This document shows positions 10,772 to 22,044 of a stretch of 64,000 bases of DNA, piece by piece. The translations under genes were made by a program, and so were the position numbers. Position 1 is the stretch's first letter. Every line of letters begins with the position of its first letter. The notes under the pieces were generated by a model. That model saw only the letters and a program-made list of their open reading frames with translations, ran no database searches and was not told the DNA's origin. The stretch comes from Mobula birostris (taxonomy: Eukaryota), in NCBI RefSeq assembly GCF_030028105.1, contig NC_092374.1:163394432-163458431 (forward strand), given 5' to 3'.

Positions 10772-11374
10772 TTACCAGAAGTTGGAGAATTCTATGTTCA
10801 TACCAAGGGGCTGGAGACTACCTAGACGGTATATGAGGTGTTGCTCCTCCAACCTGAGTTTAGCCTCATCATGGCAGTAGAGGAGGCCATGTATGGACAT
10901 ATCTGAATGGGAATGGGAAGCAGAGTTGAAGTGGGTGGCTACCGGGAGATCCTGCCTGTTGTGGCGAATGCAGTGGAGCTCGACGAAGCGGTCCCCTAAT
11001 CTGTGTTGTGCTTTACCGATGTAGAGGAGGCCACACCGGGAGCACCGGATGCAATAGATGACCCCAACAGACTCACAAGTGAAGTGTTGCCTCACCTGGA
11101 AGGACTGTTTGGGACCCTGAATGGTAGAAAGAGAGGAGGTGTAGGGACAGGTGTAGCACTTACGCTTACAGGGATAAGTGTCGGGTAGGAGATCCGTGGG
11201 GCTGGATGTGTGGATCAGGGAGTCACGGAGGGACCGATCCCTGCGGAAAGTGGAGAGGGGTGGAGAAGGAAATATGTGCTTAGTGGTGGGGCCCTGTTGA
11301 AGGTGGTGGAAGTTGCGGAGGATAATGTGCTGGATCCGGAGGTTGGTGGGGTGGTAGGTGAGGACAAGGGGAAC
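10772..11374 (-). pseudogene. Penelope ORF C-terminus: Cys-rich linker plus GIY-YIG endonuclease (open frame, RT absent)
   Basis: VPLVLTYHP...CYTC...FTCESVGVIYCIRCSRCGLLYIG...RF.E...HFN...EQHLI..LGSLQP.GMN. Confidence 0.85.
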
Positions 11375-12141
11375 TACAAGGGGTACCCCTCTCGTTTTCC
11401 GCAGGGATCGGTCCCTCCACGACTCCGTTATCCACACATCCCTCCCCACGGATCTCCCACCCGGCACTTATCCCTGTAAGCATAAGTGCTACACCTGTCC
11501 CTACACCTCCTCTCTTGCCACTATTCAGGGCCCCAAACAGTCCTTCCAGGTGAGGTAACACTTCACTTGTGAGTCTGTTGGGGTCATCTATTGCATCAGG
11601 TGCTCCTGGTGCGGCCTCCTCTACATCGGTGAAACCCGACGCATATTGGGGGACCGCTTCGTCAAGCACCCCCGCTCTGTCCACCACAACAGACAGGATC
11701 TCCCGGTACCCACCCACGTCAACTCTGCTTCCCATTCCCATTCAGATATGTCCATACATGGCCTCCTCTACTGCTATGATGAGGCTAAACTCAGGTTGGA
11801 GGAGCAACACCTCATATACCGTCTAGGTAGTCTCCAGCTCCTTGGTATGAACATAGAATTCTCCAACTTCTGGTAATTCCCTCCCCCTCCCTTCCCCTAT
11901 CTCTATGCCACTTTGCCCCCTCCCCCAGCTACCTACCACCTCCCTCATGGTTCCACCTCCTTCTACTACCCATTGTGTTTTCCCCTATTCCTTCTTCACC
12001 TTTCCTGCCTATCACCTCCCTGCTTCCCCTCCCCCACCCCTTTGTCTTTCAAAGTGCTGGTTTTTTTCAACTGGACCTACCAGCCTTCTTCTTCCCACCC
12101 TCCCCCACCTTCTTTATAGGGCCTCTGCCCCTTCCCTCTTC

Positions 12142-12177
12142 AGTCCTGATGAAGGGTTCCGGCCCAAAACGTCGACT
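12142..12177 (+). ncRNA. Hammerhead ribozyme motif with G12->A, likely inactive
   Basis: AGTC-CTGATGA-A-GGGT(TCCG)GCCC-AAAA-CGTC-GACT. Confidence 0.7.
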
Positions 12178-12399
12178 CATCGTTTCCACGGATGCTGCCC
12201 GACCTGCTGAGTTCCTCCAGCATGTTGTGAGTGTTGCTTTGATCCCAGCATCTGCAGATTATTTTGTGTTTATCATCCTTGTGAATCTCCTCTGGTCCCT
12301 CTCCAACAACAAAATCTCCTTTCTGAGATATGGGGCCCATAACTGTTGACAGTACTTCAGATGCAGCCTGACTAGTGTCTATAAAGGCGCAGCATTATC

Positions 12400-12950
12400 T
12401 CCATAATATGAGAGGTATAGATTGAGTGGATAGCCAGCACCTGTTCCCAGGACAAAAATGGCCAGTACCAGAGGATGTCATTTTAACGTGAGTGGAGGAA
12501 TGCTTAGGGGAAATGTCAGAAGTGTTTTTTTTTAAACACGGAGTGCCAAGTGCCTGGAAAGCACTGCCAGGAATAGTCATAGTCATAGTCATAGTCATAC
12601 TTTATTGATCCCGGGGGAAATTGGCTTTCGTTACAGTTGCACCATAAATAATAAATAGTAATAGAACCATAAATAGTTAAATAGTAATATGTAAATTATG
12701 CCAGTAAATTATGAAATAAGTCCAGGACCAGCCTATCGGCACAGGGTGTCTGACCCTCCAAGGGAGGAGTTGTGGCAGAGTTTGATTCATTTGGGGCATT
12801 TTAAAAAACTCTTAGATTGGCACATGTATGAAAAAAAATTGGAGTGCAATGGTCTGTGTAAGAGGGAAGAGTTAGACTTACCTGGAGTTCTTTATTGCTT
12901 GGCACAATATCATAGGCTGAAGTGTCTGTTCCATTTATGTTCTAGTTTCT
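12400..12950 (+). mobile_element. CR1 3' fragment interrupted at 12573-12771
   Basis: 'gagaggtatagattgagtggatagccagcacctgttccc' and a CR1-type 3' UTR. Confidence 0.7.
12573..12771 (-). mobile_element. Young non-LTR retroelement 3' end with (TATGAC)n tail
   Basis: Near-identical to 41364-41495; (ATAGTC)4 on the plus strand. Confidence 0.75.
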
Positions 12951-13379
12951 ATGCCCAGCACCTTCTTCTGCGGATCGACTGCTATTCCACCAGGAATGGA
13001 GAAGGGGGTGTGCAGCTATGGAAAAATCTCTATAGCCCTGTCTTGACTAAGAAGATTAATGGTGGATACTAAAACAGTTAGCAGGAGAAGGAGCCTCCAG
13101 AATCATCCCCATCCTCAGCGATAGTGTGTGCCCAATATGTGAATACGAAAGGCAATGCTGAAACACTCTCACCATGTTCAGCAGACACGTAAGAACTGAC
13201 GCTCAATGATAACACAGCAAGCAATTTACTCTCAGGTTGTACAGTACCGCAGTATACCTGTGTCTACTCTGACCAAGTGATAACTGTACTGATGTGGCAA
13301 CCCCGGGTTACGATCTTTGTAGATGTGAGTTTGTTATCAGGATGAATAGTGCCATTAAACAAAATATTTCACCATTGTT

Positions 13380-13625
13380 GGCAGCTTTCTCTCAGAGTTG
13401 AAATGTTTAATACTGAAGTGCGTGCATTTAAGGTGAGAGTCTGTAATGCATTGCCAGAGGTAGTAGTGGAGGTAAATACAATATAGGCTTTGAGATAGGC
13501 ACATGAATGTGGAGGGATTTGGTCATTGTGGAGGCAGAAAAGTGTATTGAGGCATTAAATCACTAGTTTCATGAGGTCAGCATGTAAGGCCTGCTCCCGT
13601 GCTACACAGTTCTGTGTTCTATGTT
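13380..13625 (+). mobile_element. CR1 3' fragment
   Basis: 'gcatttaaggtgagag..aatgcattgccagaggtagtagtggagg..ttctgtgttctatgttc'. Confidence 0.6.
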
Positions 13626-15104
13626 CTGCTGAGGCAGCTCTGAGAAAATTCAATATGCTTAACATACCTGTGCTCTTAATATACACCTCATGTTCCACAG
13701 AAGCAGTAATGCGTGTTATTTACGGAATGTACTACTACTGTTCACTTTGGCCATTCTGACAACACCTCCTCAACCTGAGACTCTTCCATTAAGAATGAAA
13801 AGGACAGCAGGTTGTTGGGGTCACCACCATTGTAGGTTCACCTCAAGTCACCATCATCCTGCCTTGGAAAGGCATTGCTGTTCTTTCTATTACTCCTAGG
13901 CCTAAATCCTGGAACACCCTCTGGCATCTTCACTAGGGACCTAAAATGAAGTTTGTCACCACATTTTCCTAGGTATTTGGTGATGACATTAAAAGTTGGC
14001 CTTTCCAGTGAAGCCTACATTCTAAAACCCATTGTTTTAGGACCCTGGTGACCTAGACAATATTTCAGGTATGGACTGATAAGTGAGAAGTAACATTTGA
14101 CCCATTTTGACTGTGTAACCACACTTCATTAACTCTTGTTTAAATACAATTATTGACTTGGCTTTCCTGGAAACATATTCCAAAACTATTACCCTTGCAA
14201 GAAATAAGGTCTTAAAAGCTGCTTAAAATTAAATTTGTGAGCAATTAATATCATCTTGACCAAGTAACTTTGTTTAATAATATTCAGACTTTTGCTTAGC
14301 TGCACCTTGAAAATTTAAACAAGTGACTGAAGTCCGTTTCTTGCGTTTGCTTCTGGTGATACTCTTGGGTACTCCTGATCCACAAAGGAGTTGTTCTGTG
14401 AGGGGAAACAGATTTGGATTAGTTTGGGACAATGGGAGCTCATCTCATCTTAAAATATGCAACATTCTTACAGAGATTTTCCAATAAGTTGTGGACAAGT
14501 TATTGCATTGAAATGAAGAGGCTAATATTTAGTTTTAAGTATAAATGGCTGTCCATGGAAGACTAAGATGAGGGAAATTCCTTTGTTTCAAGTTTGGAAT
14601 ATCTTTGCAATTCTTACCTCAGATTAGCGTTGTTCATTTATTATGTTCAAAGATTGATAGATCAACAACAAAGGAATCAGAACATTGAAGGATCAGCTGC
14701 GAAAGTTGCAGAAGTTCGTACTAATGTGATCTACAGAGGATGTGTGCTCAACTACTGCTTCTGTTTTTCTTATATCCCTGGCTGAATCTTGCTCAGAGTC
14801 TGTCTATCTGTTCCTTATAGTATGATGTCCAGGAGTGAATTCTTGATCTAATTGGTCCCTCACAAATCTCCAGCTTAATGTTTGTCACTGTGCCCCACAG
14901 TTCTGCAGTGTGACACTTTTTACTCGCCCATCACTATTCCACCTGATGTAAGGTTATCTAATAAAAGCAGAATCACCTCTGGGCAGTGCTACTCTAATGC
15001 ATTGTGAAACTTTAACTTTCTGGCTTATAGCAAAAAACAGTTAGATTAGAGGATCTCAGGGTAAATGCAATAGGTGAGCTTCATTTATCTAGCGGAAGGA
15101 GACT

Positions 15105-15280
15105 TACATACATAATTGGTCAGTCAACTGGCCACAATGTAGAAGTGAGTCTTTGATAGTGGTAGAATCTGCAGGGAGCTGATGGAAATCTGGCGATAAT
15201 AAAATAGGATTAGTGTAGGTTGATGTGGGTAATTGATTGATGGCCAGTGTGGACTCAATGGGTGGAGGCTCCCATTCTCT
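15105..15280 (+). mobile_element. HE1/V-SINE 3' half
   Basis: Similar to 49900-50100 ('agaatctg..ggagctgatggaaat..ggattag'). Confidence 0.55.
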
Positions 15281-15290
15281 AATTTAATTG

Positions 15291-15941
15291 AGAGGGGAGG
15301 AGAAGATGGCAGCGAGACGCAGTGCACGCAGCCCCTCCGAATGATATTGTATTTGTTAAAATAGGGGCCGTGCACAATCCTGATTTGATGGAGACAGACG
15401 TGAAGGAGCACGGAGGAACATCTGGAGAAACTTCTGAAATGCCTGCTTCGCTGCCGCTGCTACTGTGCGATCGAGAATCTCTGGAGGGGAAGGCCCCAAA
15501 TCCTTGGTTTTGCCTATTGCCTGTTGCTGGGGCTGGGGTCGAAGCGCTCTGCAGAGATGGTGCTCGGTGCTCAGTGTTGGAGAGCTGGTCGGAGGCTCAA
15601 AGGTTTCGGACGGACTCGGAGTCGGATTGTGGTCGGGTGCTTCCAGGATGCCGCATCGGCAAGTTTGCGGTGCTGGAAGCTCTGTCTGCATGAGATGATG
15701 GGACTTTCGAGAGACTTTGAGACTTTTTACCGTGCCCATGGTCTGTTCTTCTATCAAATTACGGTATTGCTCGCACTGTTGTAACTATATGTTATAATTA
15801 TGTGGTTTTTGTCAGTTTTTTTAGTCTTGGTTTGTCTTGTGTTTCTGTGATATCATTCTGGAGGAACAAAATGTATCATTTCTTAATGCATGCGTTACTA
15901 AATGACAATAAAAGAGGACTGCGTGTCCCCCTAATCTAATC
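15291..15941 (+). mobile_element. ~650-bp non-coding, CpG-rich non-autonomous retroelement with (CTAAT)n tail
   Basis: 5' 'AAGATGGCAGCG'; AATAAA followed by (CTAAT)3; candidate TSD TAATTG at 15285-15290 and 15942-15947; second 3' tip at 7218-7281. Confidence 0.7.
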
Positions 15942-16705
15942 TAATTGGCTTTGATGGTCCTGATCTGATATGTGAGGCATTGGTCCAGATTAAATTCTCA
16001 TTTATTATCAAGCATTTATTAATGACTTATGAACAAATCTTCAGAATTATTTGTGATCCATACATAAAACTAAATTGACCGTTGACTCTCAGGCCCAAAG
16101 GAGGTAAGGCTTGGGTCAGTGGAGATGTCACGTTGCAGAGAAGTCATATCCTACTCCAAGATACATTGGATTTCATGACATAGATTGCAAGTGATACGCA
16201 GAACACAGAACAGGACTACATAGAAACAAGCACTTCAGTCCACAATGTCTGTGCTGAGCATGATTCCAATTAAACTAATCTTATCTGCCTGTACATGATC
16301 CATTTCTCTAGACTCTTTGCATACTCATAAACCTGTTTAATGGTCTCCTGAACTCTGCTACTGTATATCTTCCCATTACCAACCCATTATAGGTATCCAC
16401 CTCCTTCTGTATAAAAAAACCTACTAGCATATCCCCTTTGAATGTTATTCCTCTCACTTTAAATGCATGCCCTCTAGTATTTGATATTTCTACACTCACC
16501 ATTTTATAAACTTCTACCTATTCTTTCCAAAGCCTATGGCACTCGAGAGAAAACAATCCACATGTGTCCAACCTCTCCTTATAGCAGCAATCCTATAATC
16601 AAGGCATCATCCTGGTGAAACCCTTTTGCACGTTTTCCAAAGCTTCCACATCCTTCCTCTAACGGGATGGCCAAAACTACACAGAATACTCCAAGTGCAG
16701 CCTAA

Positions 16706-17784
16706 GAGATAGGATCTATGGGCATTTAGAGAATTATGGTCTGATCAGGGACAGTCAGCATGGCTTTGTGAAGGGCAGATCGTGTCTAACAAGACTGATA
16801 GAGTTCTTTGAGGAGGTAACCAGACATATAGATGAGGGTAGTGTAGTGGATGTGATCTACATGGATTTTAGTAAGGTTCCACATGGTAGGCTTATTCAAA
16901 AAGTCAGAAGACATGGGATCCAGGGAAGTTTGGCCAGGTGGATTCAGAATTGGCTTGCCTGCAGAAAGCAGAGAGTCGTGGCGGAGGAAGTACAGTCGGA
17001 TTGGAGGGTTGTGACTAGTGGTGTCCCACAAGGATCTGTTCTGGAACCTCTGCTTTTGGTGATTTTTATTAATGACCTGGATATGAGGGTAGAAGGGTGG
17101 GTTGGCAAGTTTGCAGACGACACAAAGGTTGGTGGATTTGTGGATAGTGTGGAGGATTGTCGAAGATTGCAGAGAGGCATTGATAGGATGTAGAAGTGGC
17201 AGATGGAGTTCAACACGGAGAGGTGTGAGGTGGTACACCTTGGAAGGAAAAATTCCAAGGCGGAGTACAAAGTAAATGGCAGGATACTTGGTAGTGTGGA
17301 AGAGCAGAGGGATCTAGGGGTACATGTCCATAGATCCCTGAAAATTGCCTCACAGGTAGATAGGGTAGTTAAGAAAGCTTATGGGGTGTTAGCTTTCATA
17401 AGTCAAGGGATACAGTTTAAGAGTCGCGGGGTAATGATGCAGCTCTTTAAAACTCTGGTTAGGCCACACTTGGAGTACTGTGTCCAGTTCTGGTCGCCTC
17501 ACTATAGGAAGGATGTGGAAGCATTGGAAAGGGTACAGAGGAGATTTACCAAGATGCTGCCTGGTTTAGAGAGTATGGATTATGATCAGAGATTAAGGGA
17601 GCTAGGGCTTTACTCTTTGGAGAGAAGGAGGATGAGAGGAGACATGATAGAATTAAACAAGACATTAAGAGGAATAGATAGAGTGGATAGCCAGCGCCTC
17701 TTCCCCAGGGCACCACTGCTCAGTACAAGAGGACATGGCTTTAAGTTAAGGGGTGGGAAGTTTAAGGGGGATATTAGAGGAAGG
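16706..17784 (+). mobile_element. 5'-truncated CR1 LINE (RT domain); orphan 3' tail at ~18911-18943
   Basis: QHGFVKGRSCLT, SGVPQGSVL, KFADDTK, VRPHLEYCVQFWSP, YSLERRRMRGD; tail 'ctctatgttctatgttcta'. Confidence 0.95.
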
Positions 17785-18910
17785 GGCTGTTCCCCTGAAA
17801 TGATCCCCCTGGCACTGCAAGCAATTTAGCTGCCCTCCCAGCCAGAGAAGATACACTGAAAGCTTTCCCCAATCTCCTGACACAGGTATGGAAAGCCCCC
17901 CAGGCGCTGCATTTTACCTCCAGTCGAACCAGATGCATTTTCCCCCGCTTTCAGATAACTGGCAGCTGTCACTGCAGGGTAATTGAACCTGACAGTCCTA
18001 ACACCGTCAACAGCCCGCCTACTCAAACTTTCAACCAATCCCTGTCGCTCTTCCTCAGCCGAGCACTGCCACTCATCTAACAACTGAGAGATCCGCTCCG
18101 CCCACGTCTCGTACGCCTCCACCCCTCTAGGGGTGGACAATATCCCAAAAGCAAGGCAAAGCCTAACATAGCTGGAACGTTTATTTGTAGACACTACCTC
18201 CAACTCGTCAGCGCAAGTCTGAATTCGGACAAATACCCCACCCAACACGCATGCAGTAATAACCAGCAATCCCACAGAGACACACATTACTAACCGCAAT
18301 CCCACAGAGAGACAGCAGCACTGATTTAAACAGGGCAATCACACAGAAGACGACTGAATCCAATCCTGGACAAAGCCCCCACTGTAGCTCCTGGTAAGCC
18401 TCAGGCTCGCTCAACTCACTTTCGTCTAGGGGAAGCAGCCTTTGGCCCCACCAAACTGGGTAATCAAGTTTATGTGGATGCTGTGGGATGTACCCCACCC
18501 CGGCAAATAACAGACAATACACCACATGCGATTAAATGATAACAATTTATGGATATTACTGGAACTATGTAATTAATAGAGATAAGATATAAAAAGAAAG
18601 TAAAAGGCACCAAACTTATCAAAGTTCAACCACTTCATTCACAACAGTTGGAGCTCAAGTAACGGGGTCCTCTTTCCACCACTCGGTCCCCTCCGACCAC
18701 CTCGACCTGCCGCCTGGGACCAACCATGGTGATCGACCAGATGCTCCACATGAGTCTGTCTTCGCCTCCTCTCCTCGCCGAAGACCCTGGGCCTCGGACT
18801 CCCGCTCAGGGTCTGTCCCGTTGGCCGGCTTACAGCATCGTGTCCACTCTCTCTGTCCCCATCGCGCATTCTGCCCCAAAGCCTGCGCAACACAATAGCG
18901 TACAGACACA
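17785..18910 (-). mobile_element. Gypsy LTR retrotransposon fragment: partial 5' LTR (18383-~18910), PBS and PNMA-like gag
   Basis: gag '[38 protein letters not shown]'; LTR ends ...GCTACA, then PBS. Confidence 0.75.
18363..18381 (-). promoter_or_regulatory. tRNA-Pro primer-binding site (degenerate)
   Basis: TGGGGGCTTTGTCCAGGAT versus canonical TGGGGGCTCGTCCGGGAT, 1 nt after the LTR end. Confidence 0.75.
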
Positions 18911-19439
18911 CACTGTGCTGTACTACTCTATGTTCTATGTTCTAAGCAGAGCTTGATGCTGCTGTAACATGACTTTCTGATACTCCATGGCCCTAGCATG
19001 AAGGTAAGGATTCCAGATCTCTTTACCTTTCTGTCTACCTGTGTTGCTACTTTCAGGGTGCTATGGACTTGATCTGCCTATTCCTGGGAGATGGACTTCA
19101 TCTTTTAGATGTCTTAATGAGGTTGGATTTCTCGTAATTAATCAATCTTCCAGGTTTAATGTTGGCCTTGCGAAGATGACAGCTAATGAGAAGTGAGTAC
19201 TCCTGCACTGGAAGGGAATATACCCCCTGGTTAAGAAGGTAACCACCCTGACAGCCAAATGCACATTCGCACCACTCACTCTCTACATCTCAGCTGGCAT
19301 CTGATACTGAAATTTTCTCCGCACGGCAGAGAATTAGTCTCACAAGCTGTCATCTCTGGCAAGGAAACACAGCCAAATTATCTGCCTCTAAGGGCCTGTG
19401 GTTACATTCTGCAGACTCAGAGAAGTTCCTCCCTTTTCA

Positions 19440-19990
19440 GAGTCATGGAAACATGCCCTCTGGTGCACCTGGTCCATGCCAACAAAGATAACTATCTCAG
19501 CTATTCTCATTTCCTCCATTTGAACCATAGCACTCTAAACCTTCCCTATCCATATACCTGTCCAATTACCTTTTATATGCATCTACCACAACTACTTCCT
19601 TTGGCAGTTCGTTTCATACTCTAACCACCCTCTAGATCAAAAAGATGCTCCTTACATTTCTATTAAGTCTCTCCTCTCTCACATTCAGCCTATGTCCTCA
19701 AGTTCTTGACTGCCAATCATAGAAAAGTAATTTTGTGTGTTTACCCTATCTGCATTACTCATAATCTGCTACAGCTGCGTAAGGTTGCCCTTCATTCATC
19801 AACACTTCAATGAAAAACGTCACTAAACTGCAAAGAGTGCAAAAATTTATAAGGGTGCTGCTGGGACTCAGCCCTCGAGTGCCAGCAATACCCTTATACA
19901 TTCTGGCACTTGTTGTAGCTTAGTGACATTTTTCATATAACAGGGTGAATGAAAGGGAACACACTATGTGTTCATGTGGGCTGACCTGTG
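19440..19990 (-). mobile_element. Decayed CR1 3' fragment
   Basis: 'ggcagttcgtttcatactctaaccaccctctag..cctatgtcctcaagttcttga' is antisense CR1 C-terminus. Confidence 0.6.
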
Positions 19991-22044
19991 TAGTCTCATC
20001 TGGAGATCAATGGTCATTTCCGTAAGGGGCCAGAGGCCAAGCAATGAACATGAAATTGAAGCCAGCACATAGAAGAGGTTGAAGAATGTAAGTGTTAACT
20101 GAAAATAAATCCAAACATGGGGGTATCACAGTGCGATGGGCTGCAGGATTCTACTTTGTTCCTGACCTAGGATCAGCTGAAGATAACAAAAACGGAATAA
20201 CCCAGCCAGTCACGCAGCAATTGTGGAAAGAGAAATCATTTCATGTTTTGGATCAGCTACCCTTCCTTAAACAAACAGCTTAAAATAATCCCTCGAGAGA
20301 AGAACAAATGGTAGTTGGACCATTCTCAAGTCAGTGTTATTGGAAGTGAGGGGAAGGACACATCCTCTCGTTCCCGATCATATCCCATCAATACAAAGCT
20401 ATTTCCTTGAAGCAATTTAACTACATTCAGTGCCTTGATCAAACAAAAAGGTATAACTTGTGACATTCATGCTTTGTGCCTACAATGAGGTAGCTGCATT
20501 AGCTCCAGCCAAGAAACAGTGCCTAAATGATGCCTTGCAAGAATTTAACTTCACTGAATGGATTTTCACTCTTGGTTTACAAAGCATAGGCAGGGTAAGA
20601 AGTGTAGAGAAAAGATACACCCGGCACAAATGGCAGCTTTTATTTTGAATGAGTTGGCCAAAAAAGAAACTTGTTCTAAATTCCATGGTGGTTTTGGGGT
20701 TATTGATTGTCTTTCACAGAACTAAACAGAGATTGCTAATATCAGGGTTACTCGACATCTATTCCTTATCCATTTCTAAATAGTTCTTGACTGTTGTTCC
20801 TTAAGTTCAGTCTAATTTTCCATTTCTCGAATAGACCTATTAAAAAATAAATGGCTCGACACCACTGTCATACCATTTCAAACCTCTGCAGCAGTGAATG
20901 ATTTAGTTGAGTTTGGCAATTGATCTTAATTTTTTAAACAGTTTCCAATTTATTGTGAAACCAAAGCAATTCCCACATTTTAAAACATTAATGCATTTGG
21001 ATGGAGTTCCAAACCATGTAACAATGCAATCAAGGTTGTGTGGAATTCACTGGAGCCTTATGGAGGTAATAGCACCTAACAATCTAAGGTCAGCTGTGAA
21101 CCATATTAGTTGTGCTGATCTATTATAGTTTGTCAGATAAAATGTGTGTCGATTTAAGTGAAGGATATGGGTCTGGAAGCATTTTGGGGTAATTTTCACT
21201 CTGATAGCTTGATTTATATGTGCATAAAGTGATGACATAATACTCATGAGATATGCATGTAATTTATCAACACACAGCCAGATGAAACATGGAAATGCTA
21301 CATAACATGCAGTATAGATGGAAAAATAATGATAAACTGCATCTTTAACACTGGCTATCTAGTTGATCTACAACACAGCACTTGTTACCACGACTTTTTA
21401 GGTTGTGTGAGTATTATTTTGATATTATGAAAGAAAGTAGGAAATAAATACAATTCTTTGAAAAAGTGGTTATAATTTTATTCCCAGCATATTAAGTTTG
21501 GCTTCAGAAAAAGGAAGAGCATGGATTTGTGAAACAGAAAATAGAAGCAGTATTTTTTGGGATCCGAAGATTTAGCAAAGGAAGCAAGTGGATTAATTAG
21601 AAGTTCAAGAAAAGCACCACTGAGCTATCAATGTCAGATAGAGAATTCCATGCATTAAAGGCAATCACACTAGGAAAAAAAACAGCATTTGGATTTGAAT
21701 TAGATTTCTCTAGGGCTTGAACATAATACTGAAGGAAAGGAAACATGAAACAACTGGCTTTTGGGAATGTTTTGGCATTCAAGGCCTGAAGTACGATATC
21801 TGTAAAAGTGTTAAAGAAAGACGATGAAATCGAGATTGAGAGGAGCTTTAATTGAAAAATTCAAAGAATATTGAGCTGCTGTCTCTCAGCCACAGAGACT
21901 CAGGTCTGACCTGGACTTAAAACTACCAACTGCATGTTCTCCCTGTAATCACCTTGATTTCTCAAAAGCTTCTGGTTTCCTTTCTCTTCCAAAGACATGA
22001 GGGTTAATAGATTAATTGATCAATGTAAATTCCTCTAATGTATA

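Larger units (their letters stand above)
10419..12271. mobile_element. Penelope-like element as a 1.85-kb inverted pair (minus arm 10419-~11374, plus arm ~11386-12271)
   Basis: Both arms encode the GIY-YIG region and carry the pLTR; TSD ATCATCCTTGTGAAT at 10404-10418 and 12272-12286. Confidence 0.92.
9935..12395 (-). mobile_element. CR1 LINE 3' portion split by the palindromic PLE
   Basis: CR1 3' end 'accatcagacagaggagcagcagtaggccattcagccc'; RT C-terminus continues across the insertion at 12272-12395. Confidence 0.8.
16200..19075 (-). mobile_element. Older CR1 3' portion (16200-~16705 and ~18945-19075) hosting a younger CR1
   Basis: Antisense 'RGHAFKVRG..FKGD'; the sequence resumes after the inserted CR1 tail. 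Confidence 0.7.

Noticed and set aside
10772-11467. 231-aa ORF as a stand-alone GIY-YIG nuclease gene
   Set aside because: Its first ~30 codons are antisense of the other palindrome arm with a GTG start; it is a by-product of the inverted Penelope junction
15322-15784. Overlapping ORFs of 77-133 aa as a gene
   Set aside because: GC-rich repeat with no recognisable domain; ORFs on both strands are expected by chance
17826-18338. Domesticated PNMA-like host gene
   Set aside because: Adjacent to a PBS and LTR, non-ATG start, apparent frameshift and truncation; this is a TE remnant
21875-21930. tRNA gene at SINE heads
   Set aside because: Only decayed tRNA-derived SINE heads; no cloverleaf can be built
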